A DNA stretch of 64,000 nt from an uncultured Gemmatimonadaceae bacterium. GTDB lineage: Bacteria; Gemmatimonadota; Gemmatimonadetes; Gemmatimonadales; GWC2-71-9. The stretch is taken from positions 1,262-65,261 of the forward strand of contig CAZPER010000007.1 in the NCBI GenBank assembly GCA_964585655.1, read 5' to 3'. Position 1 is the stretch's first letter; each line of letters opens with the position of its first letter. Positions 43,783 to 51,586 of this stretch are shown here, one piece after another. The notes beneath the pieces are model-generated. The model ran no database searches and was not told where the DNA came from. It worked only from the letters and a program-made list of their open reading frames with translations. The position numbers and the translations under genes are program-made.

Positions 43783-44162
43783 TGCCGATCGCGTTCGTGT
43801 CCACCGAGCAGGCGCCCAAGGCGATCGGCCCGTACAGCCAGGCCACGATCGTCAACGGCCTGATCTTCACCGCCGGCCAGATCGCCTTCAATCCCGCGAC
43901 CATGGAGATCGTGGGCGGGGGCATCAGGGAGCAGACGGAGCGGGTGCTGGCCAACCTCAAGGCCGTCCTCGGCGCCGCCGGTTCCGACCTGACCAAGGTG
44001 GTCAAGACCACCGTCTTCCTGGTGGACATGCAGGACTTCCCGGCCATGAACGAGGTGTACGCCCAGGCCTTCGGGGAGCACAAGCCGGCCCGGTCCACGG
44101 TGGCCGTGGCCGGCCTCCCGCGGGGTGTCAGGGTGGAGATCGACGTCGTCGCAACCATCTGA
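43782..44162 (+). CDS. ridA: RidA (YjgF/YER057c/UK114) enamine/imine deaminase
   Basis: APKAIGPYSQA, VVKTTVFL, FPAMNEVY, PARSTV.V.GLP, VEID; ends in TGA 44160-44162. Confidence 0.95.
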   Translation: MPIAFVSTEQAPKAIGPYSQATIVNGLIFTAGQIAFNPATMEIVGGGIREQTERVLANLKAVLGAAGSDLTKVVKTTVFLVDMQDFPAMNEVYAQAFGEHKPARSTVAVAGLPRGVRVEIDVVATI

Positions 44163-44260
44163 GGGGGTGGATCGGGCCTGGTGGCCTGGCCGGTCTTCAA
44201 AACCGCGACGGAGGTGCCTACGGCGGCTCCGGTGGGTTCGATTCCCACACGCTCCCGCCA
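44163..44260 (+). tRNA. selC: tRNA-Sec (anticodon TCA)
   Basis: 98 nt; 8-pair acceptor helix (two G-U, one G.A), 6-bp D-stem CGGGCC/GGCCTG with TGGT loop, anticodon loop CTTCAAA, long variable arm, T-arm GTGGG-TTCGATT-CCCAC, G discriminator + encoded CCA. Confidence 0.95.
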
Positions 44261-44270
44261 CTTCCGCCCT

Positions 44271-44295
44271 GGGGCGGCCCTCGTGGCCGCCCCTT
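44271..44295 (+). terminator. Hairpin downstream of tRNA-Sec (weak terminator or processing signal)
   Basis: GGGGCGGCC-CTCGT-GGCCGCCCC followed by only TT. Confidence 0.5.
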
Positions 44296-44342
44296 GGCGC
44301 ATGTGGCGGCCCGGTCCCGATTGCGCCACATTCCCCGGCACT

Positions 44343-45236
44343 GTGACGACCATCCTCGTGGTGAATCCCGCCGCCGGCCGCGGCCGGGCGGGCCGGCGCG
44401 CGCCGGCAGCGCGCCGGGCCCTCGAGACCACCTTCGGCGCCGTCGAGCAGATCACAACCTCCGCCCCCGGATCGGCCGTCGAACAGGTGTGCGCCGCGGT
44501 TGAGGCGGGAGCCGAGCGGATCGTGGTGCTGGGGGGCGACGGCACGCTGCACGAGGCCGCCAACGGCCTGCTCCGGGCGTCGCGCGCCGAGAAGCCGCCC
44601 ATAGCGATCCTCCCGGCCGGCACCGGCAACGACTACGCGAAGATGGCGGGAACGCTCGGGGTGTCGATCCCGGACGCGGTCCGGCGGCTGGCCAGCGGCC
44701 GGGTGCGGCGGTTCGACGTCGGCGTGGCGTGGGGGGAGTACTTCCTCAATTCGGTCGGGATCGGCTTCGACGCCGAGGTGGCCCGGGTGGTGAGCCGGTG
44801 GAAGCGGCTGACCGGACTGCCGGCATATCTCGCGGCGGTGTTCCAGGTGCTGTGGAACTTCCCCAACATGGAACTGGCCGTGGAGAGCGATGGGGGCGCC
44901 TTCCGGGACAACCTGCTGCTGCTCGAAGTGGCGATCGGCCCGTGTGTCGGGGGCGGCTTCCGCCTGACCCCCGACGCGCAGCCGGACGATGGCTGGCTCG
45001 ACATCTGCGCCATCCGGCACAAGTCGATGGGCGCGATCCTCGTGCGCCTGCCGCTGGTGATGCTGGGCAAGCACACCGGTCTCAAGGATGTGCGGATGCT
45101 CCGCGCCACCCAGGTGGCCGTGACCAGTCTCAACGGCCCCCTGCATGCCCAGTTCGACGGCGAACTGCGCGAGGTCGCCGGCCGCATGGACATCCGCCTC
45201 GAACCCGGCGCCCTCCCGGTGCTGGTCGCCTCATGA
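44343..45236 (+). CDS. Diacylglycerol/lipid kinase family protein (DgkB/YegS-like)
   Basis: VVNPAAG, LGGDGTLHE, LPAGTGNDYA, GIGFDA, GGGF, DDGWLD, QFDGE; likely GTG start 44343. Confidence 0.93.
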   Translation: MTTILVVNPAAGRGRAGRRAPAARRALETTFGAVEQITTSAPGSAVEQVCAAVEAGAERIVVLGGDGTLHEAANGLLRASRAEKPPIAILPAGTGNDYAKMAGTLGVSIPDAVRRLASGRVRRFDVGVAWGEYFLNSVGIGFDAEVARVVSRWKRLTGLPAYLAAVFQVLWNFPNMELAVESDGGAFRDNLLLLEVAIGPCVGGGFRLTPDAQPDDGWLDICAIRHKSMGAILVRLPLVMLGKHTGLKDVRMLRATQVAVTSLNGPLHAQFDGELREVAGRMDIRLEPGALPVLVAS

Positions 45237-46261
45237 ATCCGCGCGCATTCGCCAGCGACAATAACGCCGGGGTGCATCCGGAGGTGCTGGCGGCGCTCGC
45301 CGGCGCCAACGCCGGTCACGCCCGGAGTTATGGCCACGACCCGCTCACCGAGCAGGCGCGGGAGGTCTTCCGGCATCACTTCGGGCCGGCGGCCGACGCC
45401 TGGTTCGTCTTCAACGGCACCGCCGCCAATGTGCTGGGGCTTGCGGCGGTGACCCGCCCCCACGAGGCGATCATCTGCTCCGACGGCGCCCACATCCACG
45501 TCGATGAATGCGGCGCCCCCGAGCGGTTCACCGGCTGCAAGCTGCTTCCCGTCCGGTGCCCCGATGGCAAGCTCCGTCCCGCCGACCTGCCGCCGCTGCT
45601 CCACGGCCTTGGGGACGAGCACCGGGCGCAGCCGCGGGTGGTCTCGATCACCCAGGCCACCGAACTGGGGACCGTGTACACCGCGGCGGAGATCCGGGTG
45701 CTGGCGGACGCCGCCCATGCCCACGGCCTGCTGCTGCACCTCGATGGGGCGCGTCTGGCCAACGCCGCCGTCTCGCTGGGGCTGCCGCTCCGCGCCCTCA
45801 CCACCGATGCGGGGGTGGACCTGCTCTCGTTCGGCGGCACGAAGAACGGGCTGCTGGGCGCGGAAGCGATCGTGTTTCCCCAGGGGGCCGGGGGCGAGTC
45901 CATGGCCTTCATCCGGAAGCAGGGGATGCAGCTCGCCAGCAAGATGCGGTTCCTGGCGGCGCAGTTCATCGCCCTGCTTGGCGGGGACCTCTGGCAGCGG
46001 AACGCGGGGCATGCGAACCGCATGGCGCGGCTGCTGGCGGAGCAGGTGCGGGGGGTGCCCGGGATCACCCTGACCCAGCCGGTGGAGGCCAACGGGGTGT
46101 TCGCGCGCGTGCCACCCGAGCATATTCCTGCGCTGCAGGAACGTGCCTTTTTCTATGTCTGGAACCCCGAGACCTCAGAGGTCCGCTGGATGACCGCCTG
46201 GGATACGACCGAGCAGGACGTCGCCACCTTCGCGGGCGCGGTGCGGGAGATCGTCCGATGA
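45233..46261 (+). CDS. ltaE: Low-specificity L-threonine aldolase
   Basis: FASDN, YGHD, FNGTAAN, HIHVDECGAPE, TQATELGTVY, LHLDGARLANA, SFGGTKNG. Confidence 0.93.
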   Translation: MNPRAFASDNNAGVHPEVLAALAGANAGHARSYGHDPLTEQAREVFRHHFGPAADAWFVFNGTAANVLGLAAVTRPHEAIICSDGAHIHVDECGAPERFTGCKLLPVRCPDGKLRPADLPPLLHGLGDEHRAQPRVVSITQATELGTVYTAAEIRVLADAAHAHGLLLHLDGARLANAAVSLGLPLRALTTDAGVDLLSFGGTKNGLLGAEAIVFPQGAGGESMAFIRKQGMQLASKMRFLAAQFIALLGGDLWQRNAGHANRMARLLAEQVRGVPGITLTQPVEANGVFARVPPEHIPALQERAFFYVWNPETSEVRWMTAWDTTEQDVATFAGAVREIVR

Positions 46262-46767
46262 TCCGCCGGCTCGGCTTGTCACTGCTGGCCCTGGCGCTGC
46301 TTGGCGCGCCGGGGGCGGTGGCGGCGCAGGAAGACACCACGGCGGTGCTGGCCGACTCGGTCCCGGCGGAGCCCGCCGGCGCGGGCGCGGACACACTCTA
46401 CGCCAGGGCACCGGTCTCGCCGATGGGAGGGCTCTGGCGCTCGATCCTGATTCCGGGGTGGGGGCAGGCAAAGCTCAACCGGAAGCTGACCGGGGCCCTG
46501 TTCATCGCCTGGGAGGGCGTCACCCTCGGGATGGCGATCAAGTCCAATCACGAGCTCAACTACCTGCGCCGCACCGGGTCCGGCAGCGTGCGGGCCAAGG
46601 AGAAGGAGCGGCAGGACTGGCTGGTCCTGCTGGCCTTCAACCACCTGTTCTCCGCCATCGAGGCGTACGTCAGTGCCCACCTCTGGGACTTCCCGGACGA
46701 TCTCGACGTCCGCGCGGCCCCGCTGCCCGGCGGCGGCATCGGCGCCGGAGTGAAGATTCCCTTCTGA
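46258..46767 (+). CDS. Hypothetical exported/membrane protein (DUF5683-like)
   Basis: Signal peptide; RSILIPGWGQ motif; EAYVSAHLWDF; ATGA overlap with ltaE. Confidence 0.75.
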   Translation: MIRRLGLSLLALALLGAPGAVAAQEDTTAVLADSVPAEPAGAGADTLYARAPVSPMGGLWRSILIPGWGQAKLNRKLTGALFIAWEGVTLGMAIKSNHELNYLRRTGSGSVRAKEKERQDWLVLLAFNHLFSAIEAYVSAHLWDFPDDLDVRAAPLPGGGIGAGVKIPF

Positions 46768-46772
46768 CCGCC

Positions 46773-47576
46773 GTGAACCGCACCGCGCCCATCGGCATCT
46801 TCGATTCCGGCATCGGGGGGCTGACCGTGGCCCGCGCGCTCTACGAGCGCCTGCCGGGAGAGTCCACCATCTATTTCGGGGACACGGCCCGCGTCCCCTA
46901 CGGCCCCAAGAGCCCGGAGACCGTCCGTCGCTACAGCCTGGAGATCCTGCACTGGCTGCTGGGGCAGGGGGTCAAGCTGGTGGTCGTCGCCTGCAACACC
47001 AGCACCGCGCACGCCCTCGGCGCGCTGCGGGAGCAATCGCCCGTCCCGGTGATCGGTGTGATCGAACCGGGGGCGCGGGCCGCGGTCGCGGCGACGCGGG
47101 GTGGGCCCGTCGGCGTGATCGGGACGGCGGGTACGATCGCGAGCAAGGCCTACCCCCGTGCCATTCACGCGCTCGCCCCGGCGCTCCGGGTGGAGCAGGC
47201 GGCCTGCCCGCTGTTCGTGCCGCTGGTGGAGGAGGGCTGGTTTGACCATCCGGCGGCGGAGTTGATCGCCCGGGACTACCTGCGGCCCCTCGCCTCGGCG
47301 GCGGTGGATGTGCTGGTGCTCGGCTGCACTCACTACCCGCTGCTGAAGCCGCTGCTGGGACGGGTCATGGGGCAGGAGGTGCGGCTGATCGACAGTGCGG
47401 CGGAGACCGCCCGGGCGGTGGCGGAAACCCTGACGGCGGCGGAACTCGAGGCGCCGGCCGGACATGCGGTGTTCCATCGGTTTGTCGTGAGCGACGACGA
47501 GCCCCGTTTTCGGCAGGTGGGCAGCCGGTTCATCGGGGAGAAGCTCACCGCCGCCGAGGTCGTCGCCCTCGGGTAG
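46773..47576 (+). CDS. murI: Glutamate racemase
   Basis: IGIFDSGIGGLTV, GDTARVPYGPKS, VVACNTST, VLGCTHYP. Confidence 0.97.
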   Translation: MNRTAPIGIFDSGIGGLTVARALYERLPGESTIYFGDTARVPYGPKSPETVRRYSLEILHWLLGQGVKLVVVACNTSTAHALGALREQSPVPVIGVIEPGARAAVAATRGGPVGVIGTAGTIASKAYPRAIHALAPALRVEQAACPLFVPLVEEGWFDHPAAELIARDYLRPLASAAVDVLVLGCTHYPLLKPLLGRVMGQEVRLIDSAAETARAVAETLTAAELEAPAGHAVFHRFVVSDDEPRFRQVGSRFIGEKLTAAEVVALG

Positions 47577-47594
47577 CGCCGGATCCGCGCTACC

Positions 47595-48242
47595 CTACGA
47601 CGCACCCCACTCGCGCAGCTGCGCGACGTACGCCTGGCCCTCCCCATCCATCTCCGGTGCGATCTGGTCACAGAGCAGGTGCCACTCCGCCTCGCCCCTC
47701 CCCATGGCGCGGTAATACTCCTTCGTCAGCGGCAGGACCTCCTCCAGCGCCGGCACGCCCCGCAGGCCCCAGAAGCTCGCATCGGTGATGTGGTGGTGGG
47801 TGAAGAAGCCCATGAGCTGTCGCTCCACCAGGTCCAGCCCGCGTTCATCCGCCGCCCCGGCGGCAAGGAGGGCCTGGGCGAACAGCAGCTTCTTCTGGAA
47901 GAACGTGGAGGTGCTGGGCGCATCCTGGTGCTTGTATGACAGGTCGAAGCAGCGTTGCCAGCTTTCGTGCGCCCCGGGGATGTCCCCCACTTTCACCCGC
48001 GCCATGGCGACGTTGAAATGGTCCTCCGGGATCTCGCTCCCCGTAGCCGCCGCGCCGAACATCCCCAGCGCCTCGGGATAGTTGCCGTCGAAGTACCAGG
48101 CCAGCCCGGCCAGGCTGTAGGCCTTCCGGTGCCACGCCGCCGGTAGCGCGGGGAGCGCGGCCAGCAGCTCTTCCACGGCGGTTTGCCGCTGGCCATCGCG
48201 GATCAGCTGGGTCGCGCGGGTAAAGATCGGTGGTTCGGTCAC
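47595..48242 (-). CDS. TPR-like hypothetical protein
   Basis: Helical repeats (AYSLAGLAWYFDGNYPEALGMF; HFNVAMARVKVGD); host-like codon usage. Confidence 0.7.
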   Translation of the reverse strand: MTEPPIFTRATQLIRDGQRQTAVEELLAALPALPAAWHRKAYSLAGLAWYFDGNYPEALGMFGAAATGSEIPEDHFNVAMARVKVGDIPGAHESWQRCFDLSYKHQDAPSTSTFFQKKLLFAQALLAAGAADERGLDLVERQLMGFFTHHHITDASFWGLRGVPALEEVLPLTKEYYRAMGRGEAEWHLLCDQIAPEMDGEGQAYVAQLREWGAS

Positions 48243-48266
48243 GTTCGGAAGCGGGAGGGGAATGGG

Positions 48267-48998
48267 TCAGGGCGTGAATGTCGCCAGGGTCGCGACGCCG
48301 TCCGCCACCGTGGCGTACCGGTAGCCGTCGAACCAGGCCCCGGGATTTACGTAGAGCCGGTTGGGAGCGATGCTGACCGCCGCCGCGCGGTGGGTATGCC
48401 CCATCACCACCAGCCCGAGCCCCGGCTCGGCGGCGAATCGCGCGGCGGCCCAGGCCTGCTGCCGGGCGGCCGACGCCTCGATCTCGGCGGCGCTGCGTGG
48501 GCGGTCCCCGAGATACCCGCTGAGCCGGTCCACCAGCCACATGCCGAGGTCGGGGTGCAGGGCGCGGTAGAGCGCTACCGTCGCATCGTTTCGCAGGACC
48601 CGGTGCAGCACCCGGGCGGACCAGTGGGTCTCGGTGATGCCATCGCCGTGGAGGGCCAGCGCGGCCTGGCCTCCAACCGTGAACCGTGCCTCCCGGGGGG
48701 AGAAGCCGATGCCGAGGTCCTGCTGCCAGAAGTCGCGGGCCCAGCGATCGTGGTTGCCACCGACCAGCGTCATCGGCATGTGGCGGGCGAGCTGGGCCAG
48801 CGCGGCCACCACCCGGACGCCGTGGCGCGGGATCACCCGGCCGTAGGCGAACCAGAACTCGAACAGATCCCCGGTGATGAGCAGGCCGTCACCGAGCGCG
48901 GGAACGTGGTCGAGAAAGGCCAGGAAGGCGGTGGCCGCTTCCGGTGAGCCGCGGCCGAGGTGGGCGTCCCCGACCAGCACGAGGCGCTGACAGTGCAC
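48267..48998 (-). CDS. UDP-2,3-diacylglucosamine hydrolase-like metallophosphoesterase (LpxH family)
   Basis: GDAHLG, TGDLFEFWF, GGNHD, LHGDG, MGHTH, NPGAW; GTG start 48998. Confidence 0.88.
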   Translation of the reverse strand: MHCQRLVLVGDAHLGRGSPEAATAFLAFLDHVPALGDGLLITGDLFEFWFAYGRVIPRHGVRVVAALAQLARHMPMTLVGGNHDRWARDFWQQDLGIGFSPREARFTVGGQAALALHGDGITETHWSARVLHRVLRNDATVALYRALHPDLGMWLVDRLSGYLGDRPRSAAEIEASAARQQAWAAARFAAEPGLGLVVMGHTHRAAAVSIAPNRLYVNPGAWFDGYRYATVADGVATLATFTP

Positions 48999-49130
48999 GG
49001 GGCAAAGGTAGGCCGGCCCTCGAGGGTGGGGAAGGGCGGTTGCGATGCGTGCGGCGCGGGTCCACCTTCCCGAATCGTCCCCGCCCGGTCCTCCGCCGAG
49101 CCGCCGCGCCGTTCCATCTCCGAGCCGCCT

Positions 49131-49553
49131 GTGCACCAGCCAACCGCCGAATCCGTCACCACCCACCGGGTGAACTACTCCGAGACCGACCAGATGGGCG
49201 TGGTATACCACGCCCGCCACGTGGTCTGGCTCGACATCGCCCGCACCGAGCACCTCCGTCAGTCCGGCTTCAGCTATCGGCAACTCGAGGAACAGGGGAT
49301 TCGCCTGGTCGTCACCGAGCTCCACGTGCGCTACCGGCAGGCCGCCCGCTATGACGACCTGGTGCGGATCCGCTGCCGGGTGAAGGAGGCGGCCAGCCGC
49401 CGGGTCGTCTTCACCTACCTGCTCGAGGATGCCGGGACCGGCGCCGCGCTCGGGGAGGCCGAGACCACCCTCCTCTGCCTCGACGGGCAGCATCGACTGT
49501 CGCGCCTGCCGGCGGCGGTGCTCGCGGCCCTGCGTCCGGTGGGGGCGGCATGA
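49131..49553 (+). CDS. Acyl-CoA thioesterase (YbgC/4HBT family)
   Basis: RVNYSETDQMGVVYHA, DIARTE, RYRQAARYDD; likely GTG start 49131. Confidence 0.9.
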   Translation: MHQPTAESVTTHRVNYSETDQMGVVYHARHVVWLDIARTEHLRQSGFSYRQLEEQGIRLVVTELHVRYRQAARYDDLVRIRCRVKEAASRRVVFTYLLEDAGTGAALGEAETTLLCLDGQHRLSRLPAAVLAALRPVGAA

Positions 49554-51586
49554 CGCGCCGCGTCCTGCTTGCGCTCGTCGCGACACTGGGCGCCGGCGCA
49601 CCGGCGCTGGCCGCCCAGGACGCGGGAACCGTCGAGACCTTTGCCCGCATGCTCGCGGCCGAAGATGCCCGGCGCTACGACGAGGTGCTCTACGTCGCCG
49701 CGCTGGCCGATGGCGACAGCTCCGTCCGCGCCTTCGCCGCGACCTCCCTCGGCCGGATCGGGGATACCCGGGCGATCCCCCTCCTCGCACGGGCCCTCTC
49801 CGACCCCGACAGCACGGTCCAGGTCGCGGCGGTCTTTGCGCTCGGACTGGTGCGGGACGCGCCGGCCGCCATCGCCATGCAGAACCGGGTCCGGGATGGC
49901 GAGCCGGTGGCGGGGCCGGTGGCGCTCGAGCTGATCACCGCCGCAGCCAAGGTCGGGGGCCCGGGGGGTGCCTCCATCATCCGCGGAGTGCTGGAGGGCT
50001 CGCTCTGGCGGGAACGGCCGGACGCCGACGTACTGGCGGGCCGGGCGGCGCTCGAGAGCTGGCGACTCGGTCCCCTCGCCCCGATCGATGCCCTGCTTCC
50101 CATGGTCAGCAGTGCCCGCGAGGACGCCCGGATCGGGGCGGTGTTCTCCCTCGGACGGCTCAAGTCCACGGCCGCGGCGTCCCGCTTCATCGAGGCCCTG
50201 GGGGATCGTGCCACCGCGCAAGTCCGGGCCTACGCGGCCCGCGCCCTGACCCGGAGCTACGCGGACTCCGCCCGCCTCGCGCCGAAGGTGGTCATGGACC
50301 TGCTGGTCCGCGCCACCCGGGATGAGGACGCCGGCGTCCGCATCAGCGCGCTCCGCTCGCTCGGCAGCTTCGGCGAACTGGCCCGCGGCACCGGCGGGAA
50401 GCTGGTTCCCCTGCTCAGCGACCCGGTGCCCAACGTGCAGGTGCAGGCGGTGGAGACCCTCGGGCTTGTCGGGGGCGCGGAGTCGGTGCCGGAACTGGAG
50501 CGGCTCGCGGTGGGCACCAGGGGCAGCTTCGCGCTTCGGCGGGAGAGCCTGCCCAGCCTGGCCCGGCTGGACACCGCCCGGTACGCCCTTGCCGCCGCCC
50601 GGGGGACGTCAGGTGGGGACCGGCGGGGACGGGCGGCCGCGGCGCGCGGATGGGCCCGCGCGGATGTGAGTCGGCTCCCGGCGTTCCTCGCCGATCAGGA
50701 TCCCCGGGTCATCGCCGCCGCGCTCGGAGCCTGGGGTGAGGGCGGCGGAGGTGCCGACTCCGCCTACGTCGCGGCCTGCCGCCGCCTGCTCGGATCCCGG
50801 GACGCCGTGGTGCGGAGCCTGGCGGCGGACGGGCTGGCGCCGGCCGCCGTACCCGCGGACCTGCCGGCGATCCTCACGGCGTTCCGCATGGCCGAGCGCG
50901 ATTCCTTCCCCGACGCCGCCTTCTCTGCGCTGGGCGCCATCGTGTCCCTGGCGGAGCGGTCCGCCCAGGGCCCCGCCGCAGTGGAGCGCGAGGCGCTCGC
51001 GACCCTCAAGCCCCCGACCGACTACCTCATCCGGCGCTGGGCCGAGGAGCGCTGGCCGGCTGCGGCCGAACTCTGGGGGCCGGCCTACCCGCTCACGCCC
51101 GGCCGCACCATGGATGACTATCGCGAGGTGGCCCGGCTCTTTCTGATCGGTCAAGCCGCCGAACGCTACCCCACGGTCCGGCTGGACCTGGAGCAGAACG
51201 GGGTGGTGCAGCTGGAGCTGTTCGGCCCGGAGGCGCCACTCACCGTGCTCAACTTCCTCCGCCTGGTGGACCGCCGCTACTTCGATGGCCAGCGGTTCCA
51301 CCGCGTGGTGCCGGGCTTCGTGGCGCAGGCCGGCGACCCGCGCGGCGACGGCTGGGGCGGGCCGGGCGAGGTGATCCGGGACGAGATCAACCGGCGACGG
51401 TACGGCCATTACTACGTGGGGATGGCCCTCTCCGGTCCAGATACCGGCGGCAGCCAGTGGTTCATCACCCTGAGCCCCCAGCCGCACCTCGACGGCGGCT
51501 ACACCGTCTTCGGGCGCGTCACCGACGGCATGGCGGCGCTCCTTCGCCTGACCGAGGGTGACGCGATCCGGAGCATTCGCCGGTGA
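49550..51586 (+). CDS. Exported HEAT-repeat protein with C-terminal cyclophilin-type peptidyl-prolyl isomerase
   Basis: Signal peptide; HEAT repeats (D..VR..AA.SLG); APLTVLNF, FHRVVPGFVAQAGDP, GGSQWFI, PHLDGGYTVFG. Confidence 0.9.
   Translation: MTRRVLLALVATLGAGAPALAAQDAGTVETFARMLAAEDARRYDEVLYVAALADGDSSVRAFAATSLGRIGDTRAIPLLARALSDPDSTVQVAAVFALGLVRDAPAAIAMQNRVRDGEPVAGPVALELITAAAKVGGPGGASIIRGVLEGSLWRERPDADVLAGRAALESWRLGPLAPIDALLPMVSSAREDARIGAVFSLGRLKSTAAASRFIEALGDRATAQVRAYAARALTRSYADSARLAPKVVMDLLVRATRDEDAGVRISALRSLGSFGELARGTGGKLVPLLSDPVPNVQVQAVETLGLVGGAESVPELERLAVGTRGSFALRRESLPSLARLDTARYALAAARGTSGGDRRGRAAAARGWARADVSRLPAFLADQDPRVIAAALGAWGEGGGGADSAYVAACRRLLGSRDAVVRSLAADGLAPAAVPADLPAILTAFRMAERDSFPDAAFSALGAIVSLAERSAQGPAAVEREALATLKPPTDYLIRRWAEERWPAAAELWGPAYPLTPGRTMDDYREVARLFLIGQAAERYPTVRLDLEQNGVVQLELFGPEAPLTVLNFLRLVDRRYFDGQRFHRVVPGFVAQAGDPRGDGWGGPGEVIRDEINRRRYGHYYVGMALSGPDTGGSQWFITLSPQPHLDGGYTVFGRVTDGMAALLRLTEGDAIRSIRR

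Noticed and set aside
44181-44342. 54-residue N-terminal extension of the lipid kinase in the ORF track
   Set aside because: It overlaps the tRNA-Sec gene and kinase homology begins at GTG 44343. It is kept only as part of the read-through hypothesis, not as an independent start.
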